Shown here: positions 9,023 through 18,733 of the stretch, in pieces
Position numbering within the stretch: position 1 is the first letter of the stretch
Layout of the letters: the number at the start of each line of letters is the position of its first letter
Assembly (NCBI GenBank): GCA_020062605.1
Contig: JAGUWA010000058.1
Span: forward strand, 1 to 52,434
From: Parvibaculum sp.
Lineage (GTDB): Bacteria > Pseudomonadota > Alphaproteobacteria > Parvibaculales > Parvibaculaceae
Length of the DNA: 52,434 bases
Reading direction: 5' to 3'
The notes under the pieces: generated by a model
The model's input: the letters and a program-made list of their open reading frames with translations, nothing else
What the model was told of the DNA's origin: nothing
The model's database searches: none
Translations under genes and position numbers: made by a program

Positions 9023-9547
9023 ATGGCTAATCAGAAGAAGCGGCCCCTTGGTGAAGGAGATGGCCTTCAGCGGTTCGACGTGTCCCGGTTCGCACCGGCC
9101 AACCGCCGCCGTCTCAGCGCGCCCGCTCTGCGGGCCTTCCTGACGATCGCGGACCTCTGGGGCCTGACGGAAGAACAGCGCCTCCTGGTCCTGGGCCTTC
9201 CGGCCAGATCCACCTATCACAACTGGTGCAAGCGGGTGCGCGAGCATGAGGCCATAACACTCGACGTGGACGTGCTCTTGCGGATTTCTGCGGTTCTGGG
9301 CATCCACCAGGCGCTCGGCATTCTTTTTCCCGATGAGCGCTCCGGCGTCGAGTGGCTGACGACGCCGCATGGCGCCCTTCCGTTCGGCGGCAGACCACCG
9401 CTCGATCTCCTCACAAGCGGCTCTCAGGACGGATTGCTGAGCGTGCGACGTTTTCTCGATGGCGCCCGCGGCGGCCTCTATATGCCGCCGGGCAGTATCG
9501 ACGAAGCGTTCGAGCCCTACACCGACGATGAGCTCGTTTTCCAGTGA
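9023..9547 (+). CDS. Xre/MbcA/ParS-family antitoxin
   Basis: LLRISAVLGIHQAL.ILF...WL..P...FGG.PPL...VRRFLD; GGAGG RBS; overlaps the RES gene. Confidence 0.88.
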   Translation: MANQKKRPLGEGDGLQRFDVSRFAPANRRRLSAPALRAFLTIADLWGLTEEQRLLVLGLPARSTYHNWCKRVREHEAITLDVDVLLRISAVLGIHQALGILFPDERSGVEWLTTPHGALPFGGRPPLDLLTSGSQDGLLSVRRFLDGARGGLYMPPGSIDEAFEPYTDDELVFQ

Positions 9548-10215
9548 CGGATGCCTACGCTGCCGCGCCGCAACCCTCGCATCGGCTGATCCCTTCGAGA
9601 TTTCCGCCCGTGGGGCTGTTCGACACGGTTGCAACCGCGGCCGACCTCGAAGCCGTGATGGAACTTGCCGGCTGGACCAATGACCGGCTTGTCGCCGAAC
9701 GCATCGATCGCCTGCCCAGGGACGAATGGGTCTATGGCGTGCCGAATGCGAGTGTGGTCATGGCCGCCTTTCTTCATGCCGCCCCCGGCGGAATGCGGTT
9801 CAACGGCCCGGAGCTCGGCGCATGGTATGCCGCCGGCGATATCCGCACCGCGGCCGCGGAAGTCGGGCATCATCTGCGCCGTGAAGCGGCTGCCCGCGGC
9901 GTGCCGGGAATGACCCGGATTTACCGCGCCTACACGGCGACGCTTCAAGGCGAGTATCTCGATATCAGGGGACACCAGTCGACCCGTCCCGAGCTTTATA
10001 TGAGCGACAGCTATACCGAGGCGCAGAAATTCGGCGAGGCGGTTCGCGCGTTGGGCGGCGCGGGCATTCTCTACGACAGCCTGCGACGGCGCTCAGGCCT
10101 CAATGTCGTCGCGCATCGGCCGCGCAACATTGCCGACATTGCGCAGACGGATCATTTTGAAATTGCCGTGTTCTCGACGGGACGAAATATCGAAGTCCGC
10201 AAATTGAAGACTTGA
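9544..10215 (+). CDS. RES-family NAD+ phosphorylase toxin
   Basis: RLIPSRFPP, RF....G.WYA, TA.AE, GILYDS.R. Confidence 0.9.
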   Translation: MTDAYAAAPQPSHRLIPSRFPPVGLFDTVATAADLEAVMELAGWTNDRLVAERIDRLPRDEWVYGVPNASVVMAAFLHAAPGGMRFNGPELGAWYAAGDIRTAAAEVGHHLRREAAARGVPGMTRIYRAYTATLQGEYLDIRGHQSTRPELYMSDSYTEAQKFGEAVRALGGAGILYDSLRRRSGLNVVAHRPRNIADIAQTDHFEIAVFSTGRNIEVRKLKT

Positions 10216-10408
10216 CCCGCATAAAGCTCGAAGCATTCGGTTGCCTTGGGCGCGAACGCTACTTCAAGCAAAGGGCCAATGGTGCGCCGGGGACATCAAA
10301 TAGGCAAAATCGATTCCGCAGGAAACAGCCATCAATCGCGATTATTGCGCTCTGAAACAAGCCAAATTGCGTCTCTATTCAATCGTGCAATCTTTCGTAG
10401 CTCCGCGA

Positions 10409-10445
10409 CAGCCCTTGCCACACAAAAATAATTTTGTGTGGCAAA
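10409..10445. repeat. Left copy of 37-bp palindromic site (TTGCCACACAAAA-ATAA-TTTTGTGTGGCAA core)
   Basis: Perfect 13-bp arms; 32/37 identical to the reverse complement of 38429-38465. Confidence 0.85.
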
Positions 10446-10732
10446 TTGAGTGAAGTGGACGTGTCAAGGAAGAAAGCCCAGCAAATTGATTACGGGATTT
10501 GACCGGATTATCTTTTTCTACTTTTCCTTCAAACCTTCGTGTCGCGTTGAATGACGGACGCCACTCCGCACATCGAGCGAGTTCCCTTATGGCTGGCTTG
10601 ATTCCTTTAGGGTCGCGGGTATGCTTGTCAGCGACCCCATAAGCGAGGTCACTTTGATGTGGAGATTTCACTCCCCTGCAATTTTTTGTCCAGTACCCTG
10701 CGACAAACAAGCTTATTGGTTGTGCATTCAAT

Positions 10733-10755
10733 AAGATATATAGAAAATATATCTT
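10733..10755. promoter_or_regulatory. NsrR-type box upstream of ccoN
   Basis: AAGATATATAGAAAATATATCTT, 11-1-11 palindrome resembling the AAGATGCATTTnAAATACATCTT NsrR consensus. Confidence 0.75.
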
Positions 10756-10825
10756 ATTTCTGCCGCATCCGGATTCAGTACGTCTGAATCGTGCGCGCAC
10801 TTAGCCTAACCAACGCAAGAAACCG

Positions 10826-12475
10826 GTGCCGATGATTGCAACATTGACATCTACCGAGCGTCAAATCGCAATTGCCATTTCCATTCTTGTGTCCGTCTGC
10901 GGAATCGCACTTGCAGCCGCGGGACGACATGACCCATTGGAAATTCATGGATTTATTATTCTGGTGGCGGGACTTCTTTGCGCCATTGTCGTCATTCACA
11001 GCTATTACGAACCGGAGCCAACGCCCGACCGCTTGTCGAGTTACTACGATCCGCCTATCAAGGCGGGCATTGCCATGTCTATGGCTTGGGCAGTGTTCGC
11101 CATGTTCGTTGGCGTGTGGGTGGCATTGCTGCTCGCCTGGCCGGAACTGACATTTGATCAGCCTTGGGCCGGCTTCGGACGATTGCGGCCGGTTCACACT
11201 ACAGGCGTCATTTTCGGCTTCGGCGGGAATGCACTCATCGCGACGTCCTTTCACGTCATGCAGCGTACTTCACGCGCGCGTATGCCTGACCAGATCTCTC
11301 CCTGGTTTGTCCTTGCCGGCTACAATCTCTTCTGCATTCTTTCGGTCAGCGGCTACTTCATCGGTATTACCCAGTCGAAAGAGTACGCAGAAGCGGAATG
11401 GTATGCGGATATCTGGCTCGTTATCGTATGGGTGACCTACTTCGTACTTTACATACGAACGATAGCGCGTCGGAAGGAACCGCACATCTATGTAGCCAAC
11501 TGGTATTTTCTGGCGTTCATCCTCGTCGTCGCGATCCTGCATATCGTCAACAACATCGCCGTTCCGGTCTCGATCGGCCATGCCAAGAGCTACACTGTGT
11601 GGGCCGGCGTGCAGGATGCCATGGTGCAGTGGTGGTATGGCCACAATGCCGTTGCCTTCTTTCTGACGGCTGGCTTTCTCGGGATGCTCTACTATTACCT
11701 CCCCGTGAGAGCGCAACGCCCGATCTTCTCCTACCGGCTTTCGATCCTCAGCTTCTGGGGCATCACATTCTTCTACATGTGGGCCGGCTCTCACCACTTA
11801 CATTACACCGCCTTGCCCCACTGGGTGCAGACGCTAGGCATGACCTTCTCGGTAATGCTTCTGGTGCCGTCATGGGCGTCGGCTGGTAACGCGCTGCTAA
11901 CACTTAACGGCGCTTGGCACCGCGTGCGTGACGACGCAACGCTTCGTTTCATGATGGTCGCCGCGGTGTTCTACGGATTGTCCACGTTTGAAGGATCGTT
12001 CATGGCCATTCGGCCGGTGAACTCGCTCTCGCACTACACTGACTGGACGGTTGGGCACGTTCACGCCGGAGCACTCGGATGGGTTGCGCTGATTACCTTC
12101 GGTTCTTTTTATACGCTTGTGCCGAGTCTCTGGAAGCGCGAGCGCATGTACTCAGCCGGCCTTGTGGAAGTCCACTTCTGGCTCGCTCTGGCAGGCACGC
12201 TCGTCTACGTCTTCGCAATGTGGAACTCCGGCGTCATCCAAGGGCTTATGTGGCGGACATACACAAAGGAAGGAACCCTCGCCTATTCCTTCCTCGACTC
12301 ACTTGTGGCGATGCGCCCCTACTATGTTGCCCGGGCTTTCGGCGGCATTCTCTTTCTGGCCGGCGCAATCGTGGGCTCCTACAACATCTGGATGACAGTG
12401 CGAGCAGTTCCCCAAGCTGCCGACACCGGCAAGGACGCGCCCCAGCCCGAAAAAGTTGCGGTCGCGGGAGAATAA
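10826..12475 (+). CDS. ccoN: cbb3-type cytochrome c oxidase subunit I
   Basis: GRLRPVHT, QSKEYAE, QWWYGHNAV, HHLH, GHVH ligand motifs. Confidence 0.98.
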   Translation: MPMIATLTSTERQIAIAISILVSVCGIALAAAGRHDPLEIHGFIILVAGLLCAIVVIHSYYEPEPTPDRLSSYYDPPIKAGIAMSMAWAVFAMFVGVWVALLLAWPELTFDQPWAGFGRLRPVHTTGVIFGFGGNALIATSFHVMQRTSRARMPDQISPWFVLAGYNLFCILSVSGYFIGITQSKEYAEAEWYADIWLVIVWVTYFVLYIRTIARRKEPHIYVANWYFLAFILVVAILHIVNNIAVPVSIGHAKSYTVWAGVQDAMVQWWYGHNAVAFFLTAGFLGMLYYYLPVRAQRPIFSYRLSILSFWGITFFYMWAGSHHLHYTALPHWVQTLGMTFSVMLLVPSWASAGNALLTLNGAWHRVRDDATLRFMMVAAVFYGLSTFEGSFMAIRPVNSLSHYTDWTVGHVHAGALGWVALITFGSFYTLVPSLWKRERMYSAGLVEVHFWLALAGTLVYVFAMWNSGVIQGLMWRTYTKEGTLAYSFLDSLVAMRPYYVARAFGGILFLAGAIVGSYNIWMTVRAVPQAADTGKDAPQPEKVAVAGE

Positions 12476-12479
12476 TGCG

Positions 12480-13232
12480 ATGCCCGAACTCTTCCACCGT
12501 AAACTAGAGCGCTCCACCATCGGCTTCGTTCTGGCCGTCATAGCCGTCGCAAGCGTGGGCGGAATCGTGGAAATCGCGCCGCTCTTCACCATCGACGAAA
12601 CGGTCGAGGAAGCCCCCGACATGCGGCTGTATACGCCGCTCGAGCTGGCAGGCCGCAATATCTACATCCGCGAAGGTTGCTACGCATGCCACAGCCAGAT
12701 GATCCGCACTCTTCGCGACGAAGTCGAACGCTATGGCCCATATTCGCTTGCCGTTGAATCCCGTTATGATCACCCCATGCTGTGGGGCTCGAAAAGAACG
12801 GGTCCGGATCTGGCTCGCGTTGGCGACAAATATTCCGATCTTTGGCACGTTTCCCATCTAACAAACCCTCGCGATGTCGTTCCGGAGTCGAATATGCCCG
12901 CCTATCGATGGCTGGCGCGGAACCCGCTGCAGATGGAAGATCTTCCATTACATCTCGCGGCACAGCGCGCGGTCGGCGTACCCTATACTGACGACATGAT
13001 CGAAAATGCCGCGAAGGACGCATACGGGCAGGCGACTCCCGATAGCGATGCCGCATCGGGGGTTGCCGAGCGATACGGGGAAGAGACGCAGATTCGAGCT
13101 TTCGACGGCGTTGCCACGCGCGTCACGGAAATGGATGCTCTGGTGGCATATCTTCAGATCCTCGGGCGCATGACCGACGCGGCCTTCGAACACACAGCGG
13201 CACCCCAGGAGCCGCCAGAACCAGTCAAATGA
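12480..13232 (+). CDS. ccoO: cbb3-type cytochrome c oxidase subunit II
   Basis: EGCYACHSQMIR, WGSKRTGPDL, SNMP. Confidence 0.98.
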   Translation: MPELFHRKLERSTIGFVLAVIAVASVGGIVEIAPLFTIDETVEEAPDMRLYTPLELAGRNIYIREGCYACHSQMIRTLRDEVERYGPYSLAVESRYDHPMLWGSKRTGPDLARVGDKYSDLWHVSHLTNPRDVVPESNMPAYRWLARNPLQMEDLPLHLAAQRAVGVPYTDDMIENAAKDAYGQATPDSDAASGVAERYGEETQIRAFDGVATRVTEMDALVAYLQILGRMTDAAFEHTAAPQEPPEPVK

Positions 13233-13251
13233 TGAACAAGGAGCTCACGTG

Positions 13252-13422
13252 ATGGAGATCGATCACAATGCTCTCGTTTTCTTTTCCAAAAGCTGGGGCC
13301 TTCTCTACTTGGGCGGGTTCGCGGTTTGCGTTGTCGTCTATACCTTCTGGCCTTCTAACAAGAAGCGCTTCGTAAGGGCGAAAGAGAGCATTCTCGACCC
13401 GGTGGATAAGCCATGGCAGTAG
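13252..13422 (+). CDS. ccoQ: cbb3-type cytochrome c oxidase subunit CcoQ (56 aa)
   Basis: Manually translated MEIDHNALVFFSKSWGLLYL...YTFWPSNKKRF..AKESIL; AAGGAG RBS; lies between ccoO and ccoP. Missed by the ORF track. Confidence 0.92.
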   Translation: MEIDHNALVFFSKSWGLLYLGGFAVCVVVYTFWPSNKKRFVRAKESILDPVDKPWQ

Positions 13423-14294
13423 AAGAACGCGATCCGGTCAGCGGTCGGAAAACAACCGGACATGAATGGAACGGGATAACGGAGTTGGACACTCCCGTTC
13501 CGAAGGGTGTTCTAATTTTTCTGATCGTCACCCATGTGTTCGCGGTCCTCTGGTGGTTCCTGATGCCAACATGGCCGCTTGGGACCAGCTATACAAAAGG
13601 ATTTCTGGGGGTCAATCAACACAGCACCGTTGAAGAAAAGCTCGTGACCGCACAGGCAGGACGCGCTTCCTGGATGAATAGAATTGAAGCCGAGAGCTTC
13701 GAGCAGGTTCTGGCCGACCCGCAGCTCATGTCGATTGTCGAGAGCACTGGCCATCGTCTGTTCGGTGACAATTGCGCCGCCTGTCATGGCGTCGACGGAA
13801 AGGGCCGCGCGAACTACCCAAACCTGACAGATGACGATTGGTTGTGGGGTGGCTCAGTGGAAACCATCGCCGAGACGATGCGTGTAGGGATCAACACTGA
13901 ACATCCGGAAAGCCGTTTTGCGCAAATGCCCTCCTTCGGCGTCGACGGAACACTCAACCGCGAAGAGATAAGCAAAGCCGCAACTTACGTCTATTCTCTG
14001 AGTCATCCAGAGTTTTCGACGGAAGAGGTCAAGAAAAAGATCGAAAGCGGAAAAGAGGTTTTTCAGGCCAATTGTGCTTTTTGTCATGGCGAGGATGCGC
14101 GAGGAAATCAGGAGATTGGCGCGCCCAATCTGGCCGACGCGCGTTGGCTCTATGGCGGTGATCTGCAAACCATCGTGGATACTATTCATGGCGGACGGCA
14201 GGGGCACATGCCCACTTGGGACGAACGGCTGACAGAGGGAGAGATCAAGATACTCGCTCTCTATGTTCACTCGCTGTCGAAGGAAATGCGATGA
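13413..14294 (+). CDS. ccoP: cbb3-type cytochrome c oxidase subunit III
   Basis: TTGHEWNGITELD.P.P; two heme motifs CAACH and CAFCH. Confidence 0.97.
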   Translation: MAVEERDPVSGRKTTGHEWNGITELDTPVPKGVLIFLIVTHVFAVLWWFLMPTWPLGTSYTKGFLGVNQHSTVEEKLVTAQAGRASWMNRIEAESFEQVLADPQLMSIVESTGHRLFGDNCAACHGVDGKGRANYPNLTDDDWLWGGSVETIAETMRVGINTEHPESRFAQMPSFGVDGTLNREEISKAATYVYSLSHPEFSTEEVKKKIESGKEVFQANCAFCHGEDARGNQEIGAPNLADARWLYGGDLQTIVDTIHGGRQGHMPTWDERLTEGEIKILALYVHSLSKEMR

Positions 14295-14488
14295 TCCACA
14301 GCCAGGCAAAGGCCAGCATCAAGACAAGGCTTTTCATCTGGAGCATCGTTTCAGCGGCACTTTTGCTGTTCTTCGTCGCCAATGCGCACCTCGTATACGT
14401 TGCGTACGACTCCCAGCCGGATTGTATGCCGCATCTCAAGGAAGCAGGTAACAACGGAAACTTCAGAGCAGCGAAGTCTGCCTGCTGA
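14291..14488 (+). CDS. Small single-TM protein of alternative cco/fix operons
   Basis: TM helix then ANAHLVYVA..SQPDC..H...AAKSAC; ATGA overlap with ccoP. Confidence 0.75.
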   Translation: MIHSQAKASIKTRLFIWSIVSAALLLFFVANAHLVYVAYDSQPDCMPHLKEAGNNGNFRAAKSAC

Positions 14489-14501
14489 GGAGGAAAGACC
14501 T

Positions 14502-15320
14502 ATGAACGAAGTCGACAGCTCCTACGGCTTACTGAGCGAGACCTCCAGCATTGCCGAAACAAGAAACAAGAGTCTGCAGAGACATCTTCCCTTCACTATC
14601 GGCTTCAAATGGCTCCGCGCGGGGTGGCATGACCTAATCATTCATCCTGGACAAAGTTTGGCTTATGGTTTCGGCGTTTTTCTTGTTTCCCTGCTCGTTG
14701 TTATGTTGCTGGCTCAGCTCGACCTGGACTACATCCTTTTTCCTGCACTAGCCGGCTTCATGATCGTGGCTCCCATTTTGGCTGTCGGACTTTACGAGAA
14801 AAGCCGGACGTTGGAGAGCGGGGAACGCATAACTCTCCGGCGGATGTTCAGAGCCAAACCAAAAGCCGGTGCGCAGATCTATTTTGCCGGCGTGATGCTT
14901 TGCCTCCTCATGCTTCTCTGGATGCGCGCCGCCGTTCTTCTCTATGCCCTCTTTTTCGGCGTCAGGCCATTTCCGGGGCTCGATCACATCCTGGGGTTAC
15001 TCGTTACGCAGCCACTTGGGTGGTCAATGCTCATTGTGGGCACGGCGATCGGCAGTCTCTTTGCTTCATTCGCTTTTGCGATCAGCATTTTTTCCATTCC
15101 CATGCTGCTCGACCGCTCTACCGATGCGATGACGGCCATGGGCACAAGCATGGCGCTCGTCTGGAACAATTTCATTCCAATGGTGGTTTGGGGAATGATC
15201 GTCGTGGTTCTTTTCGCAATATGCGTTCTTACGGCGCTCACCGGGTTGATCGTGATTTTTCCTCTGCTGGGGCACGCCACTTGGCACGCCTACCGAATGG
15301 TCGCCCAATCGGACCAATAG
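14502..15320 (+). CDS. DUF2189-like integral membrane protein
   Basis: WLRAGW.D, AGFM.VAP.LA.GLYE.SR, P.LGHATWHAY; GAGGAGG RBS. Confidence 0.85.
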   Translation: MNEVDSSYGLLSETSSIAETRNKSLQRHLPFTIGFKWLRAGWHDLIIHPGQSLAYGFGVFLVSLLVVMLLAQLDLDYILFPALAGFMIVAPILAVGLYEKSRTLESGERITLRRMFRAKPKAGAQIYFAGVMLCLLMLLWMRAAVLLYALFFGVRPFPGLDHILGLLVTQPLGWSMLIVGTAIGSLFASFAFAISIFSIPMLLDRSTDAMTAMGTSMALVWNNFIPMVVWGMIVVVLFAICVLTALTGLIVIFPLLGHATWHAYRMVAQSDQ

Positions 15321-15411
15321 AGGTCATGTAAGAAGTGGTGTTCTTCTTACTTGGACCATCTAGCCGGTTCGTCAGGGAGGTCGCGATTTCTCGATCGCAG
15401 AAAGCGATTCA

Positions 15412-15633
15412 ATGACTGTCCTTGTATGGCTGATTCCAATAGCGCTGGTAATGGGTTTGGTCGCTTTGTGGGCGTTTATGTGGTCGATAGAAAGCGGCCA
15501 ATATGATGACCTTGAAGGCGCGGCGGAACGAGTTCTGCTCCATCCACAGGAGGACCACCCGCTACCAGATGAAAAAAGATGCAGTTCACGCGAAGAAGGA
15601 AGTAATGTTGAAGGTAATGGTTATGAGAAATGA
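15412..15633 (+). CDS. ccoS: cbb3 assembly protein CcoS/FixS
   Basis: LIPIAL.MG...F.WS..SGQYDDLEGAAERVL. Confidence 0.92.
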   Translation: MTVLVWLIPIALVMGLVALWAFMWSIESGQYDDLEGAAERVLLHPQEDHPLPDEKRCSSREEGSNVEGNGYEK

Positions 15634-15852
15634 CCTTTTCGGCGCGCGCCGCCTTGACCATTAGAATGGATGTGGTTCATGTCCGAGCTACTAAAGCACA
15701 AGATCGATCCGGTTGGAGCGGTGGCATTCATATTCGGATGCGCCGTTGTCGTCCCCAGCATAGCCGCCCTTGGGATCACCCTCTTGGCTGTCGTTCGCGT
15801 CGTCTTTTCTACCTGAAGGATGACGCGTTCAGGTCGGGCCTAAAATCGGTGA

Positions 15853-17595
15853 TCATTCGCGTTTCGTCTCCGCCAAACGGAAGGCGTTGCGGGCTTTCAA
15901 TAAATCCTGCCGCGACAGAATACCCACCACATGGCGGCTCGAAGGATCGATGATCGGAATGCGTCCTATTCCAGTCTCGATGATGATATCCGCTACCAAG
16001 CCGCTCGGGCTATTGGGGTAGGCAAAGGGTTGAGAAGCATCAGCGAGCGCATCAGCAATCGTGGTGCTGTCGGCGCTGCTGGCACTTTGCCAACGGAGCG
16101 CATCGGTTCGCGACACCAAGCCGAGAAGTCGCCTTTCGGAATCGACAACAGGATAGCTGCGATGTTTTGCTTTCTCACGAAAGAAGGCAAGTGCCTCCGC
16201 AACTGTGGTCGTCCCGGGAAGGGTTTTTGGATCTCGCGTCATGAGCTCTCCGGCTTGCATCAAGTCCAGCGAGTCAACCGAGTATTCCTGCAGTACATGA
16301 CGCCCGCGCCGCGCGATCTTCTCCGTCAAAATGGACCTGCGCATCAGCAATACGCTCACCGCATATGCACAACCCGCCGCAGCGATCGTACAAGGAAGCA
16401 TCTCGTAATGTCCGGTAAGCTCCACGGCGAACAATGCACCCGTGATGGGCGCTCTCATAGCACCGCTCATGATGCCGGCCATCCCCACCATTGCCCACCC
16501 TCCCGCCTCGCCCGGCAGAAGAAGACCCATGAGCGATCCGGCTGCTCCTCCCAGAATCAGAAGTGGTGCCAGCACGCCACCCGACGTGCCCGAACCCAGC
16601 GCAATAAGCCAAACGCAGGCCTTTACGATAAGCAGAGCCGTTACCACCTGCACCGCCAGGGAATTGTCGAGCAAAGATTGGATGCTGGTATATCCTGCCC
16701 CCAAAACATGCAGGTCGATGAGCCCGCCTATTCCGACCCCAACGCCACCTATAGCAGGCCACCACATCCAGTGGACAGGCAATCTGTGAAACAGGTCTTC
16801 TATCCAATATAGCGCCGTGGAAAGCAGCGTCGCCTCAAGGCCAGTAACAATGCCGATGCAAGCCGCAGCCGCAATTGATGCAGGCTCCACCACCATCGTC
16901 GTCAAAAAGGAAAACATCGGTCCGCCGTCGATCATCACCGGACGCCACAACCAGGCGACGAGTGCTGCGACGACCACAGGAACAAAACTTCGTGGTTTCC
17001 ACTCGAATAGTAGAACTTCGACCGCCAGCAAGATGGCGGCAAGCGGAGTGTTGAAAATTGCCGTCATGCCGGCAGCGGCGCCGGCAACCAGCAATGTCTT
17101 GCGCTCAGCCGCACTAAGATGGAAGCACTGAGCAAAAAGCGAACCGATTGCACCTCCGGTCATTATTATCGGGCCTTCTGCCCCAAACGGGCCACCACTG
17201 CCAATGGAGACTGCGGAAGATAGGGGCTTTAGAATGGCGACTTTCAACGAAAGCCTGCTCTCGCCGTATAGGATGGCTTCTATCGCCTCAGGAATTCCGT
17301 GACCGCGAATTTTTTCTGATCCGAATCGGGCCATCAATCCCACGATCAAGCTGCCCATCGCAGGTACCACGAGAACACCGAAGCCGATTGACGTTTCGGT
17401 GATCGATGCGGGAGCTACCGATACCCTGCCGAACCAAAAAAGGTTAGTCGCAAAAGCGATTAGCTGGAGTAAAATCCAAGCTCCGCAGGCCCCGCCTGTG
17501 CCAACCACCAGCGCCATTCCAGCTAACAAGATCATCCGCCAATCGGCGCTGTGATCAGCGAGCTGGTGATAATCAGCGATACGTCGGGACTTCAT
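15853..17595 (-). CDS. ClC chloride channel/antiporter with CBS domains
   Basis: GHGIPE, GAEGP, GTSGG motifs; C-terminal CBS pair. Confidence 0.92.
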   Translation of the reverse strand: MKSRRIADYHQLADHSADWRMILLAGMALVVGTGGACGAWILLQLIAFATNLFWFGRVSVAPASITETSIGFGVLVVPAMGSLIVGLMARFGSEKIRGHGIPEAIEAILYGESRLSLKVAILKPLSSAVSIGSGGPFGAEGPIIMTGGAIGSLFAQCFHLSAAERKTLLVAGAAAGMTAIFNTPLAAILLAVEVLLFEWKPRSFVPVVVAALVAWLWRPVMIDGGPMFSFLTTMVVEPASIAAAACIGIVTGLEATLLSTALYWIEDLFHRLPVHWMWWPAIGGVGVGIGGLIDLHVLGAGYTSIQSLLDNSLAVQVVTALLIVKACVWLIALGSGTSGGVLAPLLILGGAAGSLMGLLLPGEAGGWAMVGMAGIMSGAMRAPITGALFAVELTGHYEMLPCTIAAAGCAYAVSVLLMRRSILTEKIARRGRHVLQEYSVDSLDLMQAGELMTRDPKTLPGTTTVAEALAFFREKAKHRSYPVVDSERRLLGLVSRTDALRWQSASSADSTTIADALADASQPFAYPNSPSGLVADIIIETGIGRIPIIDPSSRHVVGILSRQDLLKARNAFRLAETKRE

Positions 17596-17671
17596 TCAGG
17601 ACCTTTATGCCTCGCTCACCTTTTTGGTTTATTATATCGTATTACGATATTTCTCAATACGAGCTTTTCCC

Positions 17672-18079
17672 TTGACCGAACGCCCTCTACGAGACCTCGA
17701 CTATGTGTTGCTGGCAGACTTTCGAGCAGCACTGCGCTCATTTGCAGCCTTCAGCGAAGCGAAGGCGGCAGAAGTCGGGCTTTCACCTCAGCAACATCAG
17801 GCGTTGCTTGCCATCCGCGGTTCTGCGCCGGAACAGGCTACCGTTGGCCACCTCGCCGAACGGCTGATGCTTAAACCTCACAGCGCTTCTGAATTGGTGA
17901 GCAGACTCGAAGCATTGGGTTTGGTCCAACGCGAGACAGCAGAAAATGACAGACGAATGTCGATTCTCCTCCTCACAGATCGAGCAAGAGAATTGCTTAC
18001 TCAGCTGTCTAAGCATCATCGCGACGAAATCCGTCGACTTAAGCCGCTTCTGCTCGACCTCCTCGAGCGCTTCAACTGA
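17672..18079 (+). CDS. MarR-family regulator divergent from clc
   Basis: GLSPQQHQALLAI, LAERL...HSASELVSRLE..GLV.R...DRR; start uncertain (17624 or TTG 17672). Confidence 0.85.
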   Translation: MTERPLRDLDYVLLADFRAALRSFAAFSEAKAAEVGLSPQQHQALLAIRGSAPEQATVGHLAERLMLKPHSASELVSRLEALGLVQRETAENDRRMSILLLTDRARELLTQLSKHHRDEIRRLKPLLLDLLERFN

Positions 18080-18313
18080 CAAGCTCACGGACAGGTAATT
18101 TTCCTGTTGCCAGATGTATGCGAATTTTCGACGCTGCATTACTGATCTGAAAGGGCATGCATCTCTTAGCGGAGATCCAGATTCTAATAGACAGTGCTAG
18201 TCTCCACATTGTTGGGTCGAAACCTACGTTTCCCCCGGGTAATGATGCTTTGTGACAGCCTTCCCGACGAGGGTGGTGACGCGATGCGGTCGTATCACCG
18301 CGCCACCAGCTTC

Positions 18314-18733
18314 TTATCTGTTCCGCTGCACACCGATTACCTTCAACGAGCGCTGATCGCCATATCGAGTGTTCCAGGAAATTGTGTTTCCGATCTTCAT
18401 TCCAAGAAGTGCAACACCCACGGGAGAAGCAAGTGAAACGACCCCTTCTCTCGACACGGCATTCTCGGGAAGCGCCAATGCGAGACGTTCTACGCGACCC
18501 GTGGCGCCGAAAATAAATTCGGCGGTCGAACCCACGGTGACCACGTCGAGCGGCACACGAAACAATGGTACCAGCCGAGCTCGCTCCAGTTCCCGCTCGA
18601 GGAAACGTCCGACTTCGGGAATTGCGTCAATCAGCAGTTCCGAAACTTCGCAAATCTCATCGAACTGTTCTTCGGCCACGACAATCGGTGGAAGGTCGGC
18701 GAAGGCCTCCGTCATTCTCTCTATGATTGCCAT
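18314..18733 (-). CDS. Rnk-like (GreA/GreB C-terminal domain) protein
   Basis: LERELERA, DVVTVGS, VSLASPVGVALLG...G.TISW. Confidence 0.85.
   Translation of the reverse strand: MAIIERMTEAFADLPPIVVAEEQFDEICEVSELLIDAIPEVGRFLERELERARLVPLFRVPLDVVTVGSTAEFIFGATGRVERLALALPENAVSREGVVSLASPVGVALLGMKIGNTISWNTRYGDQRSLKVIGVQRNR

Noticed and set aside
10409-10445. Palindrome as a simple terminator of the RES gene
   Set aside because: It lies ~200 bp from the stop, has an AT-rich stem top with no U tract, and has a near-identical partner 28 kb away.
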